From NCBI GenBank assembly GCA_963789265.1, contig CAWBKB010000003.1, forward strand, positions 288,001-352,000: a stretch of 64,000 nt of DNA, in the 5' to 3' direction. The position numbers and the translations under genes were made by a program. The notes below the pieces were generated by a model. That model was not told where the DNA came from and made no database searches. It worked only from the letters and a program-made list of their open reading frames with translations. Origin of the DNA: an uncultured delta proteobacterium. GTDB taxonomy: Bacteria > Desulfobacterota > Desulfomonilia > Desulfomonilales > Desulfomonilaceae. The first letter of the stretch is position 1; every line of letters begins with the position of its first letter. Positions 52,268-61,567 of the stretch are shown piece after piece.

Positions 52268-52980
52268 TATTCCGCCTCGTCACCCTTAATATAGTTCTGA
52301 TAGTTTTCAGTAATAAGTGCATTAAAGAGATCCGCAGACTGGTCATGAGCCTTATTTAGGTAATCCTGGACCCCCGACAGGTCGAGTTCTCCCACATTAG
52401 CGTGGTAAAAATCAAGCAAGATTGCCTCTTGGCCTGTTTGGTTGTTAGTAATTGACTCTATATGAGTGGTCATTTTCGCACCTTCTGTTGGCACAACGAA
52501 GGTCATAAACAGGCTTTCAAACTTGCCCGGCAGCAGTCCCCAAAGATTTTCACCTAGAGCAAAGAAATATTCAAGTGGGACCAAGCCTTCCTCTCTCACA
52601 AAGGGAATAATATTGATGTGCCGCAATCCAACCCCGTTAAGGGTCTTGACCGGGATGATGCTTCTGAACAGCTCTACCAAATTTACGCATTCTGCTCTAA
52701 AAACGTCAAAGCCAGGGTAAGCCCGCGAGTAGTGGCCAAATCTATTGAGGGATAGAATGACCCCGGCGCTACCATCGGCCTTTTCAAAGCGATATGGTTC
52801 ATACGCCAGTAGCATCCCTGGTTGAACGACGGGCACGATCAAGTTAGGATACTCGCCCCTCAACTTGTCCTGAATTTCATGGCGCCGACACTCAATGGCC
52901 GTTTCTGCCGGAAATGTGAACTCGAAAACCACTTCCGCAAGCGGAGAGTTAGGGTGTCTCTCGTCGGGAACCTGACGCAT
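52267..52980 (-). CDS. TIGR04255-like protein
   Basis: 'PNSPLAEVVFEFTF', 'YPGFDVF', 'VGLRHINII', 'ILLDF', 'F.ALITE' match the family pattern from memory. Confidence 0.7.
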   Translation of the reverse strand: MRQVPDERHPNSPLAEVVFEFTFPAETAIECRRHEIQDKLRGEYPNLIVPVVQPGMLLAYEPYRFEKADGSAGVILSLNRFGHYSRAYPGFDVFRAECVNLVELFRSIIPVKTLNGVGLRHINIIPFVREEGLVPLEYFFALGENLWGLLPGKFESLFMTFVVPTEGAKMTTHIESITNNQTGQEAILLDFYHANVGELDLSGVQDYLNKAHDQSADLFNALITENYQNYIKGDEAE

Positions 52981-53932
52981 AGAAATTTCTTCCCGCGCAA
53001 TATACTCTGCCGAAACTCACAGCTTCAATATATACCGAGTGTTTTTTGAGGCGTCAAGGACGCCCGCTTGATCGTGCGGACTCCAATGCACTTAAGTGGC
53101 TCGTCGTTTCATACGCGCGCACTTGCTCGAAAGCAAGAAATAAGATCGTCCCCTGCCCAGACTAAGGATGCCTAAGATAATCACTGGAAATTATGACTGA
53201 TAATATTTATTGTGGCAATTAATACTCGGGGCAGAGTCAGGGAAAAACCGGACATGCGTGTGTGTCTCTGTGTGCATACGCGCCCACGCGCGCGGGATTC
53301 CTTACGGGCCGCAAAATAAAATGCGCTTCGATTTCAAATAAACGGGTGCTCAAAATATAAAGAGCGCCGGTCATTGATGCGGACCTTTAGCGGTTCGTAG
53401 GGGTATCTAACTGGTCAAAAAATGATTTTCATTTCCGGTGTGAAGTCTGGTCCGCGTTCATTTGTCTGTGGTCATGCGTCCTCGCGTGCGTGCATACAAT
53501 ATCCATTAGATGCCACAAAAATCCGGCGTGCTGTATTCGCCATTACACGGGGACCATGTGTCACGACGCTTAAATATCCGACCCGCGTACGCACGTGCTT
53601 GAGCATCCCCGCTCGCACGCCTGCGCGTGTACGCGCGCGACCGGGGGATGACGGCAGATAATTATTCTCCTGGGATAAAAACCTGTATTCTGTTCGTGTC
53701 TCTCTGCCCTTTTGCTCTCACGTGCGCACGTTCTCCATATATTGGCCGAAAAATGAGACCGGCTCCAATTTCAAATAAACGGATGGGGAGGCGCGAGGGA
53801 AGTTAAACATCAAATCTACGTGTGCACACACGCGACGACTTCGCAAAAAACACGTCCTCTCTCGGAGTAGTTCTCTAAGAGCGCCCACGTTTCAAATCTA
53901 TTCGCAAGATCATTTCGTCATTAAAAATGACC

Positions 53933-54418
53933 TCATGATACCATTCCAGGGCATGCACCAAACCATCGCAATTCTCGAAGCGAGCATTTTCCACATGATT
54001 CTTTTCCGTCCCCACCGCAAGATTTGCACTCCCTGCCGACAGCACGTTTTATCTCGGTTTTGGTTGATTTGCGGCATTTTCGGGCTGTGTTATGGGGGTA
54101 GAGATTGCAGGCCGTCCCGTCCACGAGGGTATGCCCTCCGCAGTCTTCGCGGCTGGGGTGTTTGCCAAAGCATTCGTGGCAGAAGCGGAGAATTGCCCTG
54201 GTGTAAACAGGCTTGGGCGTAGCGTTTCTCTTACCCTCTGCTCGTCGGCGCTGAAGTTCCTCTTTTGAGAGGTGAGACCATCCGGGAATTTTGGTTCCCT
54301 GTCGCGGAATCTGTTCTGAAATCTGCTCAAAATTTCCATTTTCAGATCGGGGTAATGGTTTTGGTAGGGCGTGCATGTTTTCGACCCTCTTTTCCAAAAA
54401 TTCATGTTGTAAAGTCAT
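53933..54418 (-). CDS. Cys-rich hypothetical protein with two 'RA..R.C..C.G...C..C.L' repeats
   Basis: 'RAILRFCHECFG..CG..CNL' and 'RAVGRECKSCGG..CGKCSL'. Start uncertain. Confidence 0.55.
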   Translation of the reverse strand: MTLQHEFLEKRVENMHALPKPLPRSENGNFEQISEQIPRQGTKIPGWSHLSKEELQRRRAEGKRNATPKPVYTRAILRFCHECFGKHPSREDCGGHTLVDGTACNLYPHNTARKCRKSTKTEIKRAVGRECKSCGGDGKESCGKCSLRELRWFGACPGMVS

Positions 54419-54452
54419 CTCGCACCTCGAAAGCTCGCTGTGTCATGAATAC

Positions 54453-54647
54453 GGTGGATGCGGTGGATATCACCATAAGGTATTGGTATTGCATAGTATC
54501 TCCGTCCACCTGGGCTGGTGGATACCGGTGGATATTGCTTGCACCGAATTTCGATATCCACTCCATCCATCCCATATCCACCGGGGGTAGTGGATATATA
54601 AGACATTATTATTATTTATTATTAAGGCCATATCCACCATATCCACC
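54453..54647. repeat. Iteron-like GGTGGATA(T) cluster with an AT-rich core; putative replication origin
   Basis: About 10 direct and inverted copies around tataagacattattattatttattattaa, immediately downstream of the primase-helicase gene. Confidence 0.75.
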
Positions 54648-54661
54648 GCTGTCTACACCTT

Positions 54662-56581
54662 TCACATTTGCCTAAGTGGAATCTCCCCTTGGGCAGGGTC
54701 TGTGTCTCGGGCCTGCCTCCAAGGTTCCCCGTAAGTATCGTCGTCTGGGGGCAAGGCATACTTCCCGTGCCCTTGTTTGATTACTTCCCCAGCCTCCACC
54801 ATCTTGGTTAAGAGATTATGTACTGCCGTAATGCCCTTGCCTGAGCGTTCCGCTATTTTCGTCGGCGTTAACGCTTCTCCCGCCTCCCTAAGAATGTTTC
54901 TGATTTCCCGCCGTTCCCTGCTCAGTTTCACATCGTCTGCGTTACCGCCATACAGCCATAAGCGGCAGTCTTTATCGAATGTCAAAGAGATGCTTCCTTT
55001 CTCCAGGTCTCTCCCCTCGAAATAGAGAACGGCGTCAAGATTCTCCATAGACTCCCTCTGCAAAACAAACCACGAATCAGCACACCCCGAAATTCCACGA
55101 GTCCCGCTGATTTCATCCATGACGTTCTCGGCCTTGGCTTTGGTCGTGTGATGAATCATGACTATGGCGATTTCATATTGTCCGGCCAACTGCTGAAGAG
55201 GTGAAAGGTCCTCATAATCCGCCTGGTAGGAATTCGACGTCTTGATACGGGTCGGTCTCACCTTTGCTAACGTGTCAAAAATCACTAGACGAATGTCAGG
55301 ACTATCTATCAGTTTCCTGTGAAGGAGATCCAAGCCGCCGTCATTGAGTCGCGGCCACCTATCGTAATAGAAGGCATTATCTGGTGCTTTGCCTTTGCAC
55401 ATGGGCTTCAACCTGTGTTGAAAACGTCTTGGATTATCCTCTAGCGCCGCGTGCAGGACGGTTCCAGGGTCACAAGGGTAATGGCCCAGTGCTTTACTCC
55501 CTTGGGCCTTTGCCAGTGCGATATTCTGCGCAAACCAACTTTTCCCGGCTTTAGGAGCGCCCGCGAGAATCGTCAACCCCTCGGGTAAAAGCCCATTAAT
55601 TATCCACCTTGGAGGGGGTAACTCTTTTGCGAGCAGTTCAGCAAAGCTTATCCCCAGCGGCATGACGGCCTTTGATTCTTTCGGAGTCTTGCCGGGGGGA
55701 TATTTGGAGACGCTTCGCGCGATGCTCTGTACTTCCCGGTCCGGCAAAGGGGGCTTGCATCGGCGGGAGTTAATAGCTGTCAGGGTTGGCAAAAACTCTT
55801 CAAACTCTAGGCCGATATTTCGCAGTTTCCCGGCCTGGGATGTCAAATAAGCATTGCGACTTCCGTCCAGGACGGTGCTTTGATTTTCTTTAATCTCGCT
55901 TAGTTCGGTGACATCCGCGTTTTTTGGTTCGCCAGGATCTACCCCCAAGGCCGCGAAAATCTCGTGAGCCGAGTAAGGCGGATGCGATGTTGTACGGTCT
56001 ACAAGCTCGCATAGGAAAGGGTCACGCTTGTTGTGGTAAAAACCTGGTACGCGCATGACCCGGTTTAAGTCTTTCGTGATATGAGGGTCACCCTTGAACT
56101 TTTCACAAAGCGCTGTTTGTGCCGCTCCAAAAAGCTTTTTGTCCACTGGGAAATCTTTGACAAGCCAAAAGCATTGATACCTTGGCTTTTCGTCCGGTCC
56201 TGGTGAGGTTTGCGTAATCAGGTGTGGCTTGACCCCCCATTCAAGAACTGGTTCGAGGGGGCTCCCGTCCAGGTCGAGAAACACGGCGCGAACAGCCGTT
56301 ACATTTTCCTCGCTTCGGCCATTCAGGTCACCGGCATTGACCATCACGAAAATGCCCGCCCCCTTTCGGTTTTCGGCTTTCAGTGTGCTTTGGCACTCGG
56401 TAAGCGTTCCCGAAAAGTGCTGAGGGATTACCCGTCCTTTTTTCTGATCGTCATAGGTCTGCAAGGTAACCACGGGATCATCTTCCCAGGTGAGCTTTGC
56501 GAGAAAGGTATATGCGTCGGCAAGGTTGACTTGTTCAGCCTTGACTTTTTTGGCCGCGTTCACTAGTCTTGCACGTGACAT
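54662..56581 (-). CDS. Primase-helicase (RepB-like primase, PriCT, RepA/AAA_25 helicase, wHTH)
   Basis: 'AVFLDLDG', 'TSPG', 'RVMRVPGFYH', 'GSRN..L..AG.LR', 'CKPPLPD.EV..IARS', Walker A GAPKAGKS, 'IFDTL', 'IHHTTK'. Confidence 0.9.
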   Translation of the reverse strand: MSRARLVNAAKKVKAEQVNLADAYTFLAKLTWEDDPVVTLQTYDDQKKGRVIPQHFSGTLTECQSTLKAENRKGAGIFVMVNAGDLNGRSEENVTAVRAVFLDLDGSPLEPVLEWGVKPHLITQTSPGPDEKPRYQCFWLVKDFPVDKKLFGAAQTALCEKFKGDPHITKDLNRVMRVPGFYHNKRDPFLCELVDRTTSHPPYSAHEIFAALGVDPGEPKNADVTELSEIKENQSTVLDGSRNAYLTSQAGKLRNIGLEFEEFLPTLTAINSRRCKPPLPDREVQSIARSVSKYPPGKTPKESKAVMPLGISFAELLAKELPPPRWIINGLLPEGLTILAGAPKAGKSWFAQNIALAKAQGSKALGHYPCDPGTVLHAALEDNPRRFQHRLKPMCKGKAPDNAFYYDRWPRLNDGGLDLLHRKLIDSPDIRLVIFDTLAKVRPTRIKTSNSYQADYEDLSPLQQLAGQYEIAIVMIHHTTKAKAENVMDEISGTRGISGCADSWFVLQRESMENLDAVLYFEGRDLEKGSISLTFDKDCRLWLYGGNADDVKLSRERREIRNILREAGEALTPTKIAERSGKGITAVHNLLTKMVEAGEVIKQGHGKYALPPDDDTYGEPWRQARDTDPAQGEIPLRQM

Positions 56582-56698
56582 AACATATTTCCTTGAATCG
56601 CCCGGCGGGTGTACCAGACCTCGGGCTTTCGTTATTTGGGGCCTCGATTTGAGCCTTCAATTGGGCGTGATTTAGAAAGATTTTCCAGGTCGTTCCCC

Positions 56699-56911
56699 TC
56701 ATTTGCTGGCCTCCCCTGGAGCCTGCCTCATTGCCTTTTCGTAATCTTCCACGTCGGCAAGTCGGAAACGTACGAGCGGGCGAGCCCCTCTGCCAGCACT
56801 CAGATCAACCCAGGGGATCAATCCATGTTGGCGCAATCTGTCCACGGTCCGGGTTGAGGCGTTCCACCGCTTCGCCAGATCCTCACGTGTAAGGTGTTGG
56901 TCGTTAGTCAT
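56699..56911 (-). CDS. Excisionase / AlpA-like HTH protein
   Basis: 'LTREDLAKRWNASTRTVDRLRQHG.IP...VRFRLADVEDYE'. Confidence 0.85.
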   Translation of the reverse strand: MTNDQHLTREDLAKRWNASTRTVDRLRQHGLIPWVDLSAGRGARPLVRFRLADVEDYEKAMRQAPGEASK

Positions 56912-57096
56912 ATCGTGCCTCCTATTAGTGGTCTATGAACCTGGGGGGCACTTTAGGCAGAGCACGGAAGGCGTAATATCCGTGTTAGAGCTGGACTAAC
57001 GTTTTTGAGGCGTATTCAGAATAAAAATAGCTGCTTATATCTGAGAATTTGGAGATAAGAGTTTGGAGGACTGATGTTTTTTTTGGGGAGGGGATC

Positions 57097-58224
57097 TTAT
57101 GAGTTTGGGGGGCGGCCCGGCTTTTTCTTTTGGATATCTCTGATCCTTTGCCTTACCCAGCTTTCCGCATGAGGGATCTCAAATTGACCCGTATTATCCG
57201 GTACAAGATATCGTACCCAATCATATTTATCTGCCTCAAAGAAATAGGGTTTGTCCGTACTGAGTGCCCAGTGAATTACTTCGGCCAGTTTCTTATCGGT
57301 GATATTTCGAGGCTGCTTCTTTTTCTTTATTTTCTCCATCAGCTTGGTGACGCGTTCAATATCTCTGTCTCTCGGTGTTCTCTTGGTCTTGAGCTTAATC
57401 GCGTGATCTTTCCGCTCTAGTTTCTTTACGTCCATCGACTTGAACAGACAACCGTGCAACGGCCCGTAATTAAAAAGTGAAGCACTCCGGGACAAGGCTT
57501 CCTCAGACCTAAGTTGTATTCCGTCTTTCTTATCTAAATGATAGATGGGTAATCTCATCTTTCGGACGCGTAATTCTAAATCAACCAGGGCCATCTTCCA
57601 CTTTTCCATAACCTCGTCAGGAGAAATCCACTCCGAGGTCACATGAAGTTCAGCGGCATTCTTGATGATAGACGATTCTTGCTTCCCCCTTATGGCCTTC
57701 ACGTGTTCCAGTTTCTCGTAAAATTGGACATGCTCTAATTTGCACCACCACCATTGAGGGATGGAAAACCAGATGTTTGGCAGATCGTTAATGTAAGCTT
57801 TGGAGTGATAGCGAATCCACCAGTCCGGATCTTGGTTGAATTGCTGAAGGTCATAGTACGAAGAGATCTTTTCATTTATCGGTTCCATACAGCCGGTTTG
57901 TTTGCTCCAGAGGTGGACCGGCACGTTATATGACATACTCACAAGATCTTTCGCAGTGGTCTTCCATACTGCCAGTAATTTAGCGCCGGATATCCATCCT
58001 TCTTCCGGATTATGTGAGGTATCATACTCTTGTAGGAGCAGGGCATGTTGACAAATAGTTCCACTGGACACTTCGTATTGGAGCCCGAGAGGGGCCAACA
58101 ATTCAATTGAGACCTCTTGAAATTTCTTGAGATCTTCAGGAATAGATCCGTTGTCCATGAACAGGAGAGCAAGATCAGAGGGAGGAGATTGCAAGCGGGC
58201 CACCAAGGAATCTATCGAGTTCAT
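57097..58224 (-). CDS. Hypothetical protein translationally coupled to the integrase
   Basis: 375 aa; ATGA overlap with the integrase stop; basic C-terminus KKKPGRPP. Confidence 0.75.
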   Translation of the reverse strand: MNSIDSLVARLQSPPSDLALLFMDNGSIPEDLKKFQEVSIELLAPLGLQYEVSSGTICQHALLLQEYDTSHNPEEGWISGAKLLAVWKTTAKDLVSMSYNVPVHLWSKQTGCMEPINEKISSYYDLQQFNQDPDWWIRYHSKAYINDLPNIWFSIPQWWWCKLEHVQFYEKLEHVKAIRGKQESSIIKNAAELHVTSEWISPDEVMEKWKMALVDLELRVRKMRLPIYHLDKKDGIQLRSEEALSRSASLFNYGPLHGCLFKSMDVKKLERKDHAIKLKTKRTPRDRDIERVTKLMEKIKKKKQPRNITDKKLAEVIHWALSTDKPYFFEADKYDWVRYLVPDNTGQFEIPHAESWVRQRIRDIQKKKPGRPPNS

Positions 58225-59390
58225 TTGCGTCGTCCCTCCATTTTTGCTTTGGCGGCATCCTGAGCACGGCTGACGGCTTCAAATGCGGATTTCTGACTGT
58301 CTGGTGACAGGTGGCTGTATCGCTCTGTCATACTCATACTTTTATGTCCAAGGCATTTGGATACGGTGTAAAGCGGTACGCCCTCCATAACCGCCCAGGA
58401 TGCGAAACTGTGGCGCAAACTATGGAAAGAGATTTTTTCTCTGGGGTCAGATATGCCTTTGTTCAGACCTGACTCAGCAACTACATCAGTGAAGACCTTG
58501 CTTAACCATTGGACCGGTTCGCCTTTTCGCGTTTTGAAGAGCACGTCATCAGGTTCACCTGGAGGCAATTCGTCCAGAACTTCTCTGATTTGATCTGTGA
58601 TAAAAACTGGCCGTGATTCATTATTCTTAGCGTCCATGACATACAGAATTCCACGGGATTGATCCACATTGGACCATTTGAGAGCGAAGATTTCTCCTAA
58701 ACGCATCCCTGAATACAGTGATAATTTCGCTATTAGTGCAAGCTGGGAGCTGCGTTTTTTCAACGCCGTAAGCAATAGGTCTGCTTCTGCGCGGGTCAGG
58801 AAGCGTTGACGTCGGTTATTTGGGGTCGGGAAGGTAACGCTATCACAAGGATTTGGACCGCTCCACAAACCCCATTGAACGGCTTTGTTGTATGCTTGCC
58901 GAACTAGGCACAACACTTGCCGGACGGTTGCCTCACGCCGGTTCTTGTCTCTCATATCTTTCTTTACACGCTCTATGTCCAGAGGGGCAATCTCTTGTAG
59001 GGCCTTGTTGGCGAATCGCGATTCAAGCCAATTTTTGTACCGCGACTTGTCGTCACGTAGGCGGCTCTTGTTCTCTTCTGCCCACGGTAAATAATACTTA
59101 TCCATTAGGGTGCCAAAGGTGAGCTTGTCGGCTTTCCGCTGAGACTTTGGCTTGTATTCGCCAGACCGGTCTTGCTCCAAGAGTTCATAGCGCCGCCGCT
59201 GTGCAGCTTCCGGGGTCCACCCTTCCGAAGCCCAGCCGCATCGTTCCCATTGAAGCTTACCTGTCTTACCATCCTTGAAGTTCACCCAATAGCAGCGGTC
59301 CGGGCGCTGACGCCACTTTCTGATAGTGCTTTCCGAATAGTAAACCCCGGTAAATTTCTTGACGGATACCTTGGCGGCCATGACCATCAC
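58221..59390 (-). CDS. Tyrosine integrase
   Basis: 'SGMRLGE', K in 'DAKN', 'HSLRHSFASW', 'LGH', 'RYSH'; adjacent to attR. Confidence 0.96.
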   Translation of the reverse strand: MMVMAAKVSVKKFTGVYYSESTIRKWRQRPDRCYWVNFKDGKTGKLQWERCGWASEGWTPEAAQRRRYELLEQDRSGEYKPKSQRKADKLTFGTLMDKYYLPWAEENKSRLRDDKSRYKNWLESRFANKALQEIAPLDIERVKKDMRDKNRREATVRQVLCLVRQAYNKAVQWGLWSGPNPCDSVTFPTPNNRRQRFLTRAEADLLLTALKKRSSQLALIAKLSLYSGMRLGEIFALKWSNVDQSRGILYVMDAKNNESRPVFITDQIREVLDELPPGEPDDVLFKTRKGEPVQWLSKVFTDVVAESGLNKGISDPREKISFHSLRHSFASWAVMEGVPLYTVSKCLGHKSMSMTERYSHLSPDSQKSAFEAVSRAQDAAKAKMEGRRK

Positions 59391-59576
59391 CTCTCGCAGT
59401 ACTTCTTGTTTCCATTCCGTAGGTCCCCAGGGTTAACTGAGGGATAACCTGAGTCTGGAATTTTGGGGGCCGTTACGTCTACTTGAGTCAGGCAAGTTAT
59501 CGCGATAAGGCATTGAAGTCAAGGACTTTTGACATTATCAGGAGAGTTGTGTCATCTTGAGGCTAAGTGGTTAAAA

Positions 59577-59631
59577 ACGGATTCCTAATCCGCAGGTCGC
59601 AAGTTCGATCCTTGCCGGGGGTACCAGAAAA
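59577..59631 (+). repeat. attR (3' part of tRNA-Arg duplicated)
   Basis: Identical 55 bp to 45841-45895; lacks the 5' half of the tRNA. Confidence 0.93.
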
Positions 59632-59787
59632 GTCAAAAGCTTTTATCTCCGTTGAATATGTGTGGGGAACATACCGGGCCGTTTCGGTGTCAGAGCAATC
59701 AGTCTGTGATCAGCTACGTGCCCGCGGAATTGTAAGACGGCAGCATGATTCATATTAGTAAGCGTAGGGTACGCGGAGGAGTCGGTA

Positions 59788-61224
59788 GTGAATGGGGAAA
59801 CAGAAAGCAACTGTCCGACTCACGCTGGTCTAGCTGTGAGCGCTCTCCGGAAGAACGTCAGAGGTCAAGTCTTGACCGCATCCGACACTGAGTTCGAGAA
59901 AGTGGCCCTTGATATTTGGAACAAATATGGACCTATTAAACGCCGGCCTCAATTGATTGTTCGGGCACTTAACGAAGAAGACGTTGTCGAGACGGTCAAG
60001 TTCGCAAGAGCCAAAAAACTGAAAGTTACAGTGCGCGGAGGTGGACACCACTGGAGCAATTCTTCTCTGCGCAATAGCGGCGTGATGATCGACCTGACCA
60101 ATCTCAATAAGGTCATTTCTATAGATGCAAAGTCGTATAAGGCTGTGGTTCAGCCGGTCATCAGCAATCGGGAAATCCAGTCTCACCTGAATGCTCAAAA
60201 TTTATCCTATCCCAGCGGGCATTGTCCTCCTGTTAAATTGAGTGGTTATCTGCTCAGTGGAGGAATGTCATGGAATCAGGGTGTATGGGGACCTGGAATT
60301 GGCAGCGTCGAAGCAGTTGAATTAGTAACCCCCGATGGAGAGCTAATTACTGCCAACAAAGATCAAAACACCGATTACTATTGGGCCGCGCGGGGAGCCG
60401 GACCGGCCTTCTTTGGCGTGGCAACGCGATACCACCTTAAGCTCTATGATTTGCCGAGAGCTATTGCATGCAGCTATCATTATTATCCAATCGGCGAAGT
60501 GGCCGCTGTCGCCCAATGGCTTGAATCCATAGCAAGCACATTGGCACCCAATATCGAATTGAGTTTATTCTTGCTAACGGCGCCGGCTGAGCTTGCGGAA
60601 AAATGCAAGGCGGATGCTGGCAAGGTTTGCATGGTGGCGGCGACGATTTTCGCTGATTCAACGGCTGAAGTTAAGTCATCCCTCAAACCTCTCGACGATT
60701 GTCCGGTCGCTGCGAAATGCCTCTCCAAGACAAACGCAAAGCCTTACGACTTTGAGGCCCTGTTTGATGCATCCGGAGGTCTGTGGCCTGCCGATCACCG
60801 CAACCATGTCGAAGCGATGTTCTCCGAGTCCAACCTTGCCGATATGTTTGATGCGCTCAGCGATCATTTCTTGCGGACGCCGTCACCGACCACTATCATC
60901 ATGTTTGCAATCTTTACCGGGCCCAACATTCCCGCTCCACTTACCGATGCTGCATTCTCAATGAGCGCCCATTATTATGGGGGACCATGGACCATGTGGA
61001 CGAAAGCGGAGGATGACGAAGCCAACACGCGATGGCACGAGAAATGCCTGGATTTGCTTAAGCCGTTTGTCACCGGGCATTACATCGGCGAAACGGACAC
61101 GGTAAAGTATCCGGACCACGTCAAGGCATCGTACACCGAGAGCAAGTGGAATCGCCTCGAAGAGTTGCGAAAGAAATATGATCCAGATGGAGTGTTCTTC
61201 AATTATTCAAATGGGGTGAGCTGA
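59788..61224 (+). CDS. FAD-binding oxidoreductase (BBE/VAO family)
   Basis: 'VRGGGHHW', 'GHCPPVKLSGYLLSGG', 'WAARGAG', 'KKYDPDGVF'. Confidence 0.88.
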   Translation: MNGETESNCPTHAGLAVSALRKNVRGQVLTASDTEFEKVALDIWNKYGPIKRRPQLIVRALNEEDVVETVKFARAKKLKVTVRGGGHHWSNSSLRNSGVMIDLTNLNKVISIDAKSYKAVVQPVISNREIQSHLNAQNLSYPSGHCPPVKLSGYLLSGGMSWNQGVWGPGIGSVEAVELVTPDGELITANKDQNTDYYWAARGAGPAFFGVATRYHLKLYDLPRAIACSYHYYPIGEVAAVAQWLESIASTLAPNIELSLFLLTAPAELAEKCKADAGKVCMVAATIFADSTAEVKSSLKPLDDCPVAAKCLSKTNAKPYDFEALFDASGGLWPADHRNHVEAMFSESNLADMFDALSDHFLRTPSPTTIIMFAIFTGPNIPAPLTDAAFSMSAHYYGGPWTMWTKAEDDEANTRWHEKCLDLLKPFVTGHYIGETDTVKYPDHVKASYTESKWNRLEELRKKYDPDGVFFNYSNGVS

Positions 61225-61567
61225 GAACAACCGGGCTCCTTAATTGATGTGTGGCGCACGTATGCGCACCAGGAATTGTTTGAATGGTCTACCAAATTTT
61301 TTTATGGATCCGGTTTAATTTGATGAACAGGGTCCCGAAGCAACATAAGAATTCCACAATTAGTGCTGCGCCGATAGGGAGGACCGAGTCGACACCTCGA
61401 TCGGGACTAATTCCGAATATTCTTCCATTTTTTCTGTCAGTTACAGCGGCGGAGTGTGTGGTAACGGTGGGTTAGGGATCCAGGAAGCTTCTGATCATCT
61501 GAGAACCACCTCAGTCATACAAAGTAGCGCTTCACAGCGTGACCAACTTTTCAGAGGAGGTATCGTT

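Larger units (their letters stand above)
45841..59631. mobile_element. tRNA-integrated element, ~13.8 kb, resembling a phage satellite or small integrative element
   Basis: att repeats, tyrosine integrase, xis, primase-helicase and iteron cluster; no capsid, terminase or conjugation genes recognised. Confidence 0.9.

Noticed and set aside
59577..59626. Second tRNA-Arg gene
   Set aside because: Only the anticodon-to-CCA part is present; it is attR.
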